A stretch of 64,000 nucleotides of DNA, taken from an uncultured Bacilli bacterium. GTDB taxonomy: Bacteria; Bacillota_I; Bacilli_A; RF39; UBA660. A program made the translations under genes and the position numbers. The stretch is taken from assembly GCA_947629445.1 (NCBI GenBank), contig CANRDU010000001.1, forward strand, positions 1,386 through 65,385, read 5' to 3'. Below the pieces are notes generated by a model. The model was not told where the DNA came from. It ran no database searches and saw nothing but the letters and a program-made list of their open reading frames with translations. Positions 8,672-18,572 of the stretch are shown one piece after another. How positions within the stretch are numbered: the first letter of the stretch is position 1; every line of letters starts with the position of its first letter.

Positions 8672-10262
8672 ATGCTTCCTTTACATTACCAGTTAAGAAG
8701 TAACCTTGATCTGTTAATTTCTTATCAACAGGGTCACATGTGCTCCACTTAATATCAGTAGATCCACCTTTATAAGTTCTTGTTCTAGCACGATAGTATG
8801 TTTTCACATCATATACTGGAGTGCTAACAGTATCATATACATCAACTTCTCTAGTTGCATATACTGGTGTTTTCTTTGTCTTATATACTGGAACTTTTTT
8901 AGTCGTGTATACTGGAACTTTTTTAGTCGTGTATACTGGAACTTGTCTTGTTTCATATACTGGTTCTGTTCTATAGACTGGTTCATCAACAGTTTCTGTT
9001 ACCGTCTTATAAACAGTTGTAAGTTTATAAACATCCCAAGTATAAATCGTAGTTGTTGCACATCCTGAACAGCTTTGTGAAGTTGTTGAGCCTGTTTTTA
9101 CATAGACATATTCTTTTGTATCAGAAGGAATCGTTGTTCCTGATCCTGATGATACCCATTGTCTTGTAGTACCAGCGGCAACCTTCTTGGTAATTGTTTT
9201 AGTAGTCGTACCTACTTGTACTTTTTTAGTACCTACTTGTACTTTTTGCGTTGTATAACCTGAAATCTCTTTTTCTGTTGTGTAGCCTGTTTGTTGTTTT
9301 TCATATGTATAACCTGAAAGTTCTTTAGAAGTTTGATATTTTTCAAGATAAGTCTCAAGTTTTGTACCAACTTTTACTTTCTTTTCCGTATATCCTACTA
9401 CTACACGTTCAGATTTTGTTTCAACTTGTGTATTATCGCTTGGAGTGATTTTAGTTTCTGTCCAACTAGACCAACTTCCCCAATCTCCCCAGCTTCCACC
9501 GGTTACTTTCTTGTATTCGCAAATATATTTTTTCTTAGCAGTTCCACATGATTTCTCATAAGCTTCCTTAGAAACTGACTTTCCTTTAGCATCGTAATAC
9601 TTACCACCTACTACTTGACAGTAATATTTTGGTTTCTCACAATCACAATTTTCATAGTAGTTATTAACGGTAACTTCTACTACTTTCTTAACAGTTTCTT
9701 TCTTTCCAGAACCTGTTGAAGGTTTTGTAGGAGTTGTTGTAGTAGTTTGTTTTTCACAAACACCACTTGCCTCACAATAATCGTAGCATCCTAAGTAAAC
9801 AATAATGTAATCTTCCTCAGAACCACAACTTAAATTAACCTTCATTTGATATTCATCTTCATATTTCGTTACTGAAACATAAGATTTTGTAGCATCACAT
9901 GCGTTATTATTTTTATCTTTTAAAGTTAATACCAAATGCTTATCATACATTTGTTGAAGGGTCATCTTTTCGGTATCTCCGACCTTAGCAGGTAACCTAT
10001 CAGTTGTATAATAAGATATAGCAGCCTCTTTCATAGTAGCAATATTATTTGCAAAAATCTGATTATATAAAACTGCTAATTGATCTAAGTCATATCCTCC
10101 TTGGACAACGGTATTGTTTCCATCGACATTATTATCAATGTAGTTCTTCATATAACTCTTAGTTGGGAATAGCCATATTAATATAAAGACAAATAATACT
10201 ATGAATAAAACTTGTAAGATTAAATCTCTTACTGAAAAACTTTCTCTTCTTTCTTCGTACAT
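8670..10262 (-). CDS. Membrane-anchored (N-terminal TM) Cys-rich extracytoplasmic protein with C-terminal tandem PVYxTKKx repeats
   Basis: The N-terminus MYEERRESFSVRDLILQVLFIVLFVFILIWLF is a signal-anchor. The middle region is Cys-rich. The C-terminus has the repeats ..PVYETRQVPVYTTKKVPVYTTKKVPVYKTKKTPVYATREV.. The repeat is visible at DNA level. Confidence 0.6.
   Translation of the reverse strand: MYEERRESFSVRDLILQVLFIVLFVFILIWLFPTKSYMKNYIDNNVDGNNTVVQGGYDLDQLAVLYNQIFANNIATMKEAAISYYTTDRLPAKVGDTEKMTLQQMYDKHLVLTLKDKNNNACDATKSYVSVTKYEDEYQMKVNLSCGSEEDYIIVYLGCYDYCEASGVCEKQTTTTTPTKPSTGSGKKETVKKVVEVTVNNYYENCDCEKPKYYCQVVGGKYYDAKGKSVSKEAYEKSCGTAKKKYICEYKKVTGGSWGDWGSWSSWTETKITPSDNTQVETKSERVVVGYTEKKVKVGTKLETYLEKYQTSKELSGYTYEKQQTGYTTEKEISGYTTQKVQVGTKKVQVGTTTKTITKKVAAGTTRQWVSSGSGTTIPSDTKEYVYVKTGSTTSQSCSGCATTTIYTWDVYKLTTVYKTVTETVDEPVYRTEPVYETRQVPVYTTKKVPVYTTKKVPVYKTKKTPVYATREVDVYDTVSTPVYDVKTYYRARTRTYKGGSTDIKWSTCDPVDKKLTDQGYFLTGNVKEA
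8866..8985. repeat. Five degenerate copies of a 24-nt coding tandem repeat (TATACTGGAACTTTTTTAGTCGTG)
   Basis: Direct tandem repeats that encode the PVYxTKKx units. Confidence 0.7.
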
Positions 10263-10351
10263 AATATCTCCCCCTTTTCAATGAGATGGCTCATATCCTA
10301 CCACATTTTTTTCTCATTGTCAAATTTTTTGATGAATTTTTTTAAAATTTT

Positions 10352-10621
10352 TCATTTTTTCTGGATTTTTGCTATCGTACAGCCTATATTTCCTTTAAAA
10401 AGTTGATATTCTACTACATTTTTATTTCTTCGTAATGTCTCTAAAGTTTCCTGTTTTAGTATGCCACTACCTACACCATGGACAATAGTAATAAATTCAT
10501 TTCCCATCGTCACATTATCTTGGATAAACTCATTAATCTTCACTCTTGCTGAATCTCGATCAAAGCCATGTAAATCTAAGGTTGGAAATTGATCGATAAA
10601 AATGACATCACTGAGCTTCAT
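10352..10621 (-). CDS. Smr (small MutS-related) domain protein
   Basis: LDLHGFDRDSA ... VHGVGSGILK. These are Smr-domain motifs. Confidence 0.65.
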   Translation of the reverse strand: MKLSDVIFIDQFPTLDLHGFDRDSARVKINEFIQDNVTMGNEFITIVHGVGSGILKQETLETLRRNKNVVEYQLFKGNIGCTIAKIQKK

Positions 10622-11504
10622 TATATACTTCCATCATTTCCTCTAATTCGAAAATAGAATTTCTACCTCCAACACGAGTAACGGACATCGCTCCCGCTAA
10701 ATTCGCAAACCGCAATATCTTTCGCATCGGCCAGTTTTGAGAAATGCCATAAGTAAATGCACCATGGAAAATATCTCCTGCTCCTGTCGAGTCCACTGCT
10801 TTGACTTTGAGGGAAGGAACAATTTCCACTTTTCCCTCTTCGTTACGGTAAGCACAACCCGTAGCTTCCAACGTAACAATAATACATGTGTGAAATTCTT
10901 CTTCCAATTTGTGGAAAGCATATTCCAAACTCTCTTGGTCAAAAATACTAACTCCACTCGTTGCTTCCGCAAAGTCCTTAGAACAAACAATATAATCAAC
11001 CATTCGACACAATTCACGAACAGCTTTCTTAGTTCGCCCTGCATCAATAATACTAATCGCATCTTTAAACTGATTAATTGCTTTCTTTGAAATTTCTGGC
11101 TCTTGACCATCTACTAAAATGATATCTGGAGTAATTTGAAATTCCACATCTTCCATTTGCATATCACTTGGACGATAAGTTAAAATCGTTCTGCTTCCAT
11201 TTTCACGATTTGCAATGATATAACTAGAAGCAGTTATGTGATCTTTGCTCATTTGCATATAATCCATATGGACACCCACACGATTATACTCTCCCATAAT
11301 ACGATGGCCATATAAGTCATCCCCGACGATGCCAGCAAAATAAGTATCTACTCCCCATTTTCCTAGTAGGTAGGCAGCATTTCCAGCAGGTCCTCCCCCA
11401 CATTCTATTCTTTCTGGTACCCGATTTTTTGTATTTTCCTTCGGGAACATATCTACAGGGGTTGTGATATCGTAAGCGGCATGTCCAATACATAATACCT
11501 TCAT
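10608..11504 (-). CDS. PfkB-family carbohydrate kinase (ribokinase-like)
   Basis: The PfkB signature DSTGAGDIFHGAF and the GG dipeptide region GGGPAGNAA. It overlaps the Smr gene by 14 nt. Confidence 0.8.
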   Translation of the reverse strand: MKVLCIGHAAYDITTPVDMFPKENTKNRVPERIECGGGPAGNAAYLLGKWGVDTYFAGIVGDDLYGHRIMGEYNRVGVHMDYMQMSKDHITASSYIIANRENGSRTILTYRPSDMQMEDVEFQITPDIILVDGQEPEISKKAINQFKDAISIIDAGRTKKAVRELCRMVDYIVCSKDFAEATSGVSIFDQESLEYAFHKLEEEFHTCIIVTLEATGCAYRNEEGKVEIVPSLKVKAVDSTGAGDIFHGAFTYGISQNWPMRKILRFANLAGAMSVTRVGGRNSIFELEEMMEVYNEAQ

Positions 11505-11678
11505 ACCATCACCATCTTAATTATATATAAAATAGAAAAGAAAAGCAATGGCATTAAGAAAAAACATGTAAATTTTGTGAAAAATAAGACAACAAAAAAA
11601 GGAAGAAAACAACCTTATCTTTTTTCACATACGTAGTCATATAGGTTATTACTTCCTCTATCTATTATGGGCTTTGTT

Positions 11679-12317
11679 TTACAAATAAATATATCCATTT
11701 GTATCCTTTTTCTTTGATAAAGCAATGACTATATCCGTAAGACACAAACCTACACTAATAAAACTACCCCAAACCGTTAAAGTACAAATTAAAAGAAGGG
11801 CACCCCTTTTTTTATCGCCAAGGCCAATTCGTGCAACACCAAATAATCCAAGAAAATAAGTTGTCAAAACAAAACGTAATTTCTTAGTAGCATATTTTCC
11901 TTGGCTATAATTTTCTTGCTGATTAATCTTGCTCATTTTAATGCCCATTACAATGTTGACAATGAATATTACAATATTGGTAATGGCTAAAGCGCCTAAC
12001 AGTAATGTCAAATGATTTGACAGAAACGTCGTACTACTTGGAAGATTAAAAGAAAGAGGAATACCAAGCGGTATGAGAAAGAGAGCCATCACTATCATAA
12101 AAACAAATAAGGCAGTCGGAAGAAGAATACGGAAAATCAAAATATTAAATATTGATACTGCAAAAAAAGATAAAATGATATTGGCAATCGTAAGAATCTT
12201 TTCATTTTTTTTATTAGGATTAGGAAATTCACAACCATTCGTATTTTTTTCCCCACAATATGGACAAAATTTCACATTCGCATCTATTTGATTGTGACAC
12301 TTTGAACAAATCATCAT
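11679..12317 (-). CDS. Zinc-ribbon plus multi-TM membrane protein with a TM2-like C-terminal domain
   Basis: N-terminal CxxC..CPYCG zinc ribbon and several hydrophobic helices. The C-terminus GLFGVARIGLGDKKRGALLLI resembles a TM2 domain. Confidence 0.5.
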   Translation of the reverse strand: MMICSKCHNQIDANVKFCPYCGEKNTNGCEFPNPNKKNEKILTIANIILSFFAVSIFNILIFRILLPTALFVFMIVMALFLIPLGIPLSFNLPSSTTFLSNHLTLLLGALAITNIVIFIVNIVMGIKMSKINQQENYSQGKYATKKLRFVLTTYFLGLFGVARIGLGDKKRGALLLICTLTVWGSFISVGLCLTDIVIALSKKKDTNGYIYL

Positions 12318-12354
12318 AAATTTATCTCCATTCTATAACTTTATAAGCGCTATA

Positions 12355-12837
12355 CTATAATTTTTTAATATCAGTATACATTCTAGGATGATAGCCACCT
12401 TCTTGATAAAACCGTATAGCATTCTCATTATAAGCAAATACATCAACCAAAACATATTCACATCCAACTGAAAGAAAATAATCTTCCATTCTCTTCATTA
12501 AAGCTTTCCCAACACCTTTACTTCTAACCTTTGAAGTAACAATAAGTTCCGTTATTTCCCCACGTTTAGGACATTTATAGTCTAGATAATCATATGGCTC
12601 ATATGGAAATATACACCCCATAATCAGTCCTACTACTTGATCATTTAAAAGTGCTATATAACACTTTCCTTGATTATTATTTACATCTTTTAAATCCACT
12701 AAAGCCATTTTTTCGTGATATTCAGGATGAACCTGATCCAAGTGATCTTGATCAATTGCTACAATATACTCTTCTAATTCTGTTAATAAATCTTTAACAT
12801 CTTCTATATACTTTTCATCATATTCAATTATTTGCAT
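12355..12837 (-). CDS. GNAT family N-acetyltransferase
   Basis: ..VTSKVRSKGVGKALMKRMEDYF.. motif A. Confidence 0.7.
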   Translation of the reverse strand: MQIIEYDEKYIEDVKDLLTELEEYIVAIDQDHLDQVHPEYHEKMALVDLKDVNNNQGKCYIALLNDQVVGLIMGCIFPYEPYDYLDYKCPKRGEITELIVTSKVRSKGVGKALMKRMEDYFLSVGCEYVLVDVFAYNENAIRFYQEGGYHPRMYTDIKKL

Positions 12838-13134
12838 CTTCCTATCATTCTCCCATATAGCAATATTTACAGACCGAGAAGCTACCCTTTCAAGTCGAAT
12901 GGTTTATCTATTTCTCTTTCCCTTTTTTCTTCTACTTTTTTGTTTATTATATCACACTATAAAATATTTGTTTAGGTCATCTTAAGTAAAGTTTCTAATC
13001 ATTTTACAAAAAAAGGAAATTATCTTTCCTTTAAAACATAGCATTTGCATATCTAACGTTATCTTCTTAATAAAATTGCAGACAACTCAGAAAAGTGTCG
13101 ATTTCTATAATGAAATAAAATTTTTTTCACCTCT

Positions 13135-14496
13135 TCAAATTCTATTCATTAAATATTGATATAGCCATTCATCACATTTCTTGATAGACTTTATTTCAAC
13201 TTTCTCCCAAACAGAGTGCGCTCCCATGATATTCGGTGATATAATAGCGACTTCTAAATTGGGAAGTTTATTTTTTAAAATACCAGATTCGACTGCTATA
13301 TGAAGGGAATTAATATCTGGTTTTCTATTATTAACCTCTTCATACGCCTTTATTAAATCTTGAACCAGTTGTGACCCCTCCTCTGTTTGAAAGCCTGGTT
13401 GATAACCAGTTACCATTAGATTATAGTTATATTTTATACAAAAATTTTCTAAGTAATTCATGGTTTCTATTCTTTCTATCTCGTTAGAACTTCTTAAACC
13501 AATTCTCATGAAATTGTGTGATAAATCGATGATAGCAAGATTTTCGGAAGTAGTTACTTCTTTTTTGTGATTTTTATGTAACACCCCATGTTTAAAATTT
13601 GAAATAGAATTTAAGAAAGACAAACTATCTTCCATAGTTAAGATGGGCATTTTATCTTCTATTTTTTGATAGGATATTTTAACATTTCGAGATATTGTTT
13701 TTTGATAAGTATTAATCTTATCGCTTATATCATCATCAAAAGTTACTACTGCTTCTGCCGTTGACGGAATAACATTTATTTTCGTTCCTCCGTGAAAACT
13801 AGAGACTTTTATTTTATTCAACGTTAGTAATAAGTTAGCTAATAAAATACTACTATTTTCTCTAGATTTATCTATATCAAATCCTGAATGACCACCTTTT
13901 AAGCCATTTAACGTTATTTTATATAAATTTGTACTTTCCTCTTTAAAACTATAATTCAAATTAATATCAATATCTGTAAAACTAGCACTTTCTATTGTAA
14001 TCGTATCTGCTTTAAAACCATCTAAATTTATCATTTCTTTTCCTTTTAATGAACAGATATTGATATTTTCAGCTCCTTCCATAGTGGTTTCTTCCTTGGT
14101 AGTAAAGATAGCTTCGATAGATACTGGTAGATTACTATCTAAAATATTTAATAAAAGTGCTACTCCTATCCCATTATCTGCTCCTAAAGTAGTTTTATTC
14201 GCTTTTAAATAGCCATTCTGTTCTATCACTTGAATAGGATCCCTAGCAAAATCAAATTCGATATTAGGATTTTTTTCACATACCATATCCAGGTGGCATT
14301 GAAAAATAATTGGCTTTTTATTGTTAACATATTTTTTTATGATGACATTATTGTAAGAATCTTTCTCATAATCGAAATGATTTTTAAGAGCAAAATTCAC
14401 TATATAGTTAGCGATACTAGCTTCATTTCCAGATTCACGAGGTATCTTCGATATCTCCTTAAAATATTTTATCGTATTGGACTTCATCTTAAACAA
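13135..14496 (-). CDS. pepD: Aminoacyl-histidine dipeptidase (peptidase family M20C, PepD-like)
   Basis: N-terminal EISKIPRESGNE ... FQCHLDMV motif (H-x-D metal ligand) and M20 dimerisation/catalytic regions. Confidence 0.75.
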   Translation of the reverse strand: MFKMKSNTIKYFKEISKIPRESGNEASIANYIVNFALKNHFDYEKDSYNNVIIKKYVNNKKPIIFQCHLDMVCEKNPNIEFDFARDPIQVIEQNGYLKANKTTLGADNGIGVALLLNILDSNLPVSIEAIFTTKEETTMEGAENINICSLKGKEMINLDGFKADTITIESASFTDIDINLNYSFKEESTNLYKITLNGLKGGHSGFDIDKSRENSSILLANLLLTLNKIKVSSFHGGTKINVIPSTAEAVVTFDDDISDKINTYQKTISRNVKISYQKIEDKMPILTMEDSLSFLNSISNFKHGVLHKNHKKEVTTSENLAIIDLSHNFMRIGLRSSNEIERIETMNYLENFCIKYNYNLMVTGYQPGFQTEEGSQLVQDLIKAYEEVNNRKPDINSLHIAVESGILKNKLPNLEVAIISPNIMGAHSVWEKVEIKSIKKCDEWLYQYLMNRI

Positions 14497-15466
14497 CCTC
14501 TCTTTTTTTAATCAATTTTAATGCAAATGGTCCTTGCGGGTATGAAATATCTTCTGGTACTCGATTGTTTCCTTCTTCCGTCCCATTGGAAATGACTTCC
14601 GGTAGAGATTTAGAATAGTTTACTTCGTAGTAAGAAATAATTCCTGCTCCCTCATCTATATTGATAATAGGATTCGATATTTGGTGATTTTTAATATATC
14701 TTTTTAGAGTAATCAGTAAATTTTTAAAAAGATCCCCATGCCGTTTTTTAGAAAATTCTAGTCTATCACGACCATTATCTTTACAATGCTCCCATTCCAT
14801 ACGTACTACAATAGTTGGTGCTTCTAACATTTTTTCTTTCTCATCCGTCACCGTATAAAATCCAATCATTTTAGAATTGAGTCTTTCACTCCCTGCTAAA
14901 TTTGTATCGTTGATACTTTCGGTTGCCCTATAAAGAGCATTCATGCTATTTTCATTCCGACAATCAATTACACAAGTAAGAAAGGTATCTTGATAAATCT
15001 GATGAAATTTATGAAATCCTCTTAAAGCGATTTCATATATTGTTTTGCCAACTCCTTTGTAAATACTATCTTTTTTGGTAAGAATACCTGTTATTGAAAA
15101 ATACTTATGTTTAGGGTATGGATAATAAGGATCCATTTTACTATCGGTATTTTCATCATACTTAATCGTTGAAATACCTATCATTTTCTTACTATCTTTT
15201 TCTCTTGCAATAATGATTGGATAATGATTGCAATTGTATCTTACCTGGAAAGAATCGGGAATATGCATAAAGTCAGCATTTCCTAACCAATTGTGATTAT
15301 AGAATTCCGTAATTCGATAATCAAAAAAGGAGTCTTTATAATAAACATCATCTTTTCCTACTCCTTGTAATACCACATATTCAATGTTATCTGTACTATT
15401 ATGATTTATTTCCGTACAAATTTCTGTCATTACATCAACTGCGGTACATAATCGTTCATAATTCAT
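14489..15466 (-). CDS. Hypothetical protein, possibly an acyl-CoA N-acyltransferase-like fold
   Basis: Translationally coupled to pepD. It has a weak GNAT-like segment ITGILTKKDSIYKGVGKTIYEIAL. Confidence 0.45.
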   Translation of the reverse strand: MNYERLCTAVDVMTEICTEINHNSTDNIEYVVLQGVGKDDVYYKDSFFDYRITEFYNHNWLGNADFMHIPDSFQVRYNCNHYPIIIAREKDSKKMIGISTIKYDENTDSKMDPYYPYPKHKYFSITGILTKKDSIYKGVGKTIYEIALRGFHKFHQIYQDTFLTCVIDCRNENSMNALYRATESINDTNLAGSERLNSKMIGFYTVTDEKEKMLEAPTIVVRMEWEHCKDNGRDRLEFSKKRHGDLFKNLLITLKRYIKNHQISNPIINIDEGAGIISYYEVNYSKSLPEVISNGTEEGNNRVPEDISYPQGPFALKLIKKREVV

Positions 15467-15801
15467 ATCTATTCCTCCTTTTTATAAATTAAAAAACGAC
15501 TCCGCGGATGCAAAGTCATTGAAAAAAACAAATATAATCATTATATTCATATTCTCTGACAAGCACTCCACAAGTTTCAACCTTGTGACAGTTTAATACA
15601 TATTCTGTATTAACCCAGTATAGAAAAATATCAGATTATCTTTCTAAACTTCGGCAATTTTTCCTTTCAATTCACTAGCTATAATCTGAGTAACTAATGT
15701 TTACTTATAAAAATTGCGCCTCTTTCAAAGTCAGTAGTATAATATCAAAATTAAAATATTCTGTCAATTCGGTTCCTATTAAGAATTCGTTAAATTCCTT
15801 T

Positions 15802-17670
15802 TTATAACCTTTTCTTTTTTAAGACAAGAGCCCCATGAGAATCCAATTCTTTCGTAGTTGTTTCGCCAAGAGAATATATTTTCTCAAAATCTTCATATTC
15901 TTTCGGAATTATGATTTGTACTTTACCATTTGATCTATTTACAGCAATGACAGCTTCTTCATCGAGAGTATGTCTTCTAAACATGATATATTTACTCGTT
16001 ATATCCAATAGGTCTAACTCTGCTTCTTCTAAAAAAGGTTCGTTACTTCTAATTTGTCCAATTGTTCTAAAAAAATCTAATAGGTCCTTATCTTCTCTAT
16101 TCCATGGAAATGGTCTTCGATTAGCTAAATTTCCCATGCCCTGTAGTCCAACTTCATCCCCATAAAAAATGGATAATATTCCAGGGAAAAAAGTAAGAAC
16201 ATATAAATATGCCTTATAGATTTCTTTTCCTTTAATATACTCTTCTTCACTTAATGTATAATCTTTTTGCCAGTCAAGATTACCCTCATTATTTAAATTC
16301 CAAGCCCACTCTCCAGAATAGTTAAATTCGTGAGTAGCAAATATATTAATAGCCCGTGTAATATCATGAGTCGAAGTAAAATTCATTAAAGAATTTAAAG
16401 TATCTTTTGGATATTCTGTTTTTAATTGCTGTATAACTTCTCTTAGTTTATGGACATCTTCATATTTAAAATATCTTATTAAAGCATCTATTAAAAGATA
16501 ATCCATAACCGTATCCATGCCTTTACCCGATTCAAGGTATCCTCTATTCATGCGCATAGGATTTTTCCATACTTCCCCTAAAATAAAACCATCTGACTTA
16601 TTTCTTTTGACAGCCGCTCTTATTCCTTCAATAAATTCATCGCTTAATTCATCTGCCACATCTAGTCTTATACCATCGATTCCTAAAGAAAACCATAAAT
16701 CGATGATTCCCCCTTGACCATAGATATAATTTTGCCATTCTAAGTTATTTCCGTCACATACTGGCAAATTTTTCATACCCCACCAATAATCAAAATAAGT
16801 TTGATTATTCGCTATATATTTACGATAAAAAGGATAATATTTAGAATCAGAACTTTGATAGGCTCCTAATTCAGAAAAAGTCCCGTATTCATTAAAATAT
16901 TTACTATCATTCCCCGTATGATTAAATACCGCATCCAACACAATCTTCATATTTTTCTCATGAGCTTTCTTGCATAGTTCTCTTAAATCAGCATTGGTTC
17001 CTACATAGGGATCAACCTGTTCATAATCCGAAGTATCATATCGATGATTCGATTGAGACCAAACAATAGGGCTTAAGTAGAGAATACTTACCCCTAATGA
17101 TTTTATATAATCTAATTTATCGATGATTCCCTGTAAGTCTCCACCATAAAAATCAGCATTCCAAATACCATTTTCATCAGGTCCAATATGAATATCTTCA
17201 TGCCATGAAGAATGAATCGTTCGATTAGTCAAAGGTGGGAGTGATGATTCACGACCTTTATGAAAACGATCAACAAAGATATGGTACATAATTTTTCCTT
17301 TAGCCCATCTAGGAACTTCAAAATTAACACCCATTTGCCACATTTCATTTTTCGAAATAGTAGTATTCTCTTTTCCCTTTTCTTTTTTTAAATATACAAG
17401 TTGATTATTAATATAACAAGAAAAATAATAGTGATATAAAGCTTTTGTTGGAAGAATGATTTCTGCTTGAAAATAGGCAAACAAATCGTCATTTCTTTGA
17501 TGAGGTAACTGAAAAACTTCCTGATTGTTATTACTTTCCACAACGAAAGAAACCGATGATATCCAACCAATGGACATTGGTATTTTTATTTGAACATGAT
17601 ATTTTGCCCCTGCTGGTAATTTTTGTATTTCCGTTACACTAAAATCCGTCTTTTTTAAAATATTTTCCAT
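15802..17670 (-). CDS. GH13 alpha-amylase family enzyme (neopullulanase or cyclomaltodextrinase-like, intracellular)
   Basis: GH13 conserved regions DAVFNHTG (region I), GIRLDVADE (region II), GEVW (region III) and FTSTHD (region IV). No signal peptide. Confidence 0.85.
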   Translation of the reverse strand: MENILKKTDFSVTEIQKLPAGAKYHVQIKIPMSIGWISSVSFVVESNNNQEVFQLPHQRNDDLFAYFQAEIILPTKALYHYYFSCYINNQLVYLKKEKGKENTTISKNEMWQMGVNFEVPRWAKGKIMYHIFVDRFHKGRESSLPPLTNRTIHSSWHEDIHIGPDENGIWNADFYGGDLQGIIDKLDYIKSLGVSILYLSPIVWSQSNHRYDTSDYEQVDPYVGTNADLRELCKKAHEKNMKIVLDAVFNHTGNDSKYFNEYGTFSELGAYQSSDSKYYPFYRKYIANNQTYFDYWWGMKNLPVCDGNNLEWQNYIYGQGGIIDLWFSLGIDGIRLDVADELSDEFIEGIRAAVKRNKSDGFILGEVWKNPMRMNRGYLESGKGMDTVMDYLLIDALIRYFKYEDVHKLREVIQQLKTEYPKDTLNSLMNFTSTHDITRAINIFATHEFNYSGEWAWNLNNEGNLDWQKDYTLSEEEYIKGKEIYKAYLYVLTFFPGILSIFYGDEVGLQGMGNLANRRPFPWNREDKDLLDFFRTIGQIRSNEPFLEEAELDLLDITSKYIMFRRHTLDEEAVIAVNRSNGKVQIIIPKEYEDFEKIYSLGETTTKELDSHGALVLKKKRL

Positions 17671-17768
17671 ACACCCACCCTATTTTAATTACATTATATC
17701 ATATATATTTTTGGAATTTAAATCTTTCCACATAAAAAGACTAAGTTTTTACTTAGTCCTTTCTTTTT

Positions 17769-18572
17769 TTAAGCAAATACTAGAAGTATATCTAACCAAC
17801 TACAGTTCAAGAAAAAGAGAACTAATGTGGCAATACTTAAAAATGGTCCAAAAGGAATTTCATGCGTAGATTTTAATTTCAGAATAATGAGAGCAATTGG
17901 TAATCCGATAATGCTTGCCAAAAAGATAGATATGACAGCAAGTGGAAATCCTAGCACCATTCCTACAATAAACATTAATTTAATATCTCCGCCACCCATT
18001 GATTCTTTCTTAAAAATGAAATCTCCTATTATTTTCACAATATACATTAATAGAAAGGAACCTAGTCCATCTCTTAATGCTACCAATAAATGAATCATAG
18101 CTTCTTTCCAATCAAACTGAGAAAAACTTCCCCCACCTTCACAGAAAGCAGCAATTCCAAGTAAAATAATACCAATGATGATAATTTCATCGGGAATAAT
18201 ATAATATTTATAATCACTAATAATGATAATAACTAAAATAGAAGATAAAACGATGGCCATAAAACAAGATGCCGTAAAGCCAAATTTTAAATATGAGAGT
18301 AAAAATAAAATTCCAGTTAACAGTTCAAAAACAGTATAATACCAAGAAATTTTAGTTTTACAATGCTTACACTTTCCTCCTTGAATTAAAAAAGAAAGAA
18401 CTGGTATTAACTCTAATGCTCCTAATCGATGACCACACACCGTACAATGAGAAGAAGGAAACACTAGGGATTCCTTCTTCGGTAAACGATATCCAACTAC
18501 ATTGTAAAATGAGCCAAAGATTAAACCAAATATGAAAAACACGATGCCATAATATATGAACAATTTTATCAC
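17769..18572 (-). CDS. Type IV prepilin peptidase (A24 family; PilD/ComC)
   Basis: N-terminal tetracysteine CTVCGHRL..CKHCK, the catalytic Asp context GGGDIKL, and a multi-TM topology. Confidence 0.85.
   Translation of the reverse strand: MIKLFIYYGIVFFIFGLIFGSFYNVVGYRLPKKESLVFPSSHCTVCGHRLGALELIPVLSFLIQGGKCKHCKTKISWYYTVFELLTGILFLLSYLKFGFTASCFMAIVLSSILVIIIISDYKYYIIPDEIIIIGIILLGIAAFCEGGGSFSQFDWKEAMIHLLVALRDGLGSFLLMYIVKIIGDFIFKKESMGGGDIKLMFIVGMVLGFPLAVISIFLASIIGLPIALIILKLKSTHEIPFGPFLSIATLVLFFLNCSWLDILLVFA

Noticed and set aside
8866-8985. A tandem direct-repeat array that might be read as a CRISPR or minisatellite
   Set aside because: The repeats are contiguous 24-nt units without spacers and are in-frame coding (PVYxTKKx). 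The same holds for the N/S/T-linker repeat tracts at about 1560..1800, 52990..53130 and 56380..56760. No CRISPR is present.
10697-11110. Two overlapping antisense ORFs (137 aa and 117 aa) inside the PfkB kinase gene
   Set aside because: They sit entirely within a well-supported, motif-bearing gene on the opposite strand or frame. They are typical AT-rich spurious ORFs. The same applies to 8804..8989, 9333..9551, 14230..14511, 15911..16165, 16517..16717, 17388..17570, 17827..18093, 18367..18642, 22692..22886, 23264..23837, 23988..24209, 28971..29153, 30706..30942, 32016..32282, 32505..32714, 34290..34544, 34839..35027, 35953..36204, 36412..36615, 39867..40924, 43109..43294, 52623..52811, 52950..53144, 53373..53756, 54945..55127, 57845..58249, 60254..60532, 61050..61859, 12073..12291, 3136..3336 and 41..223.
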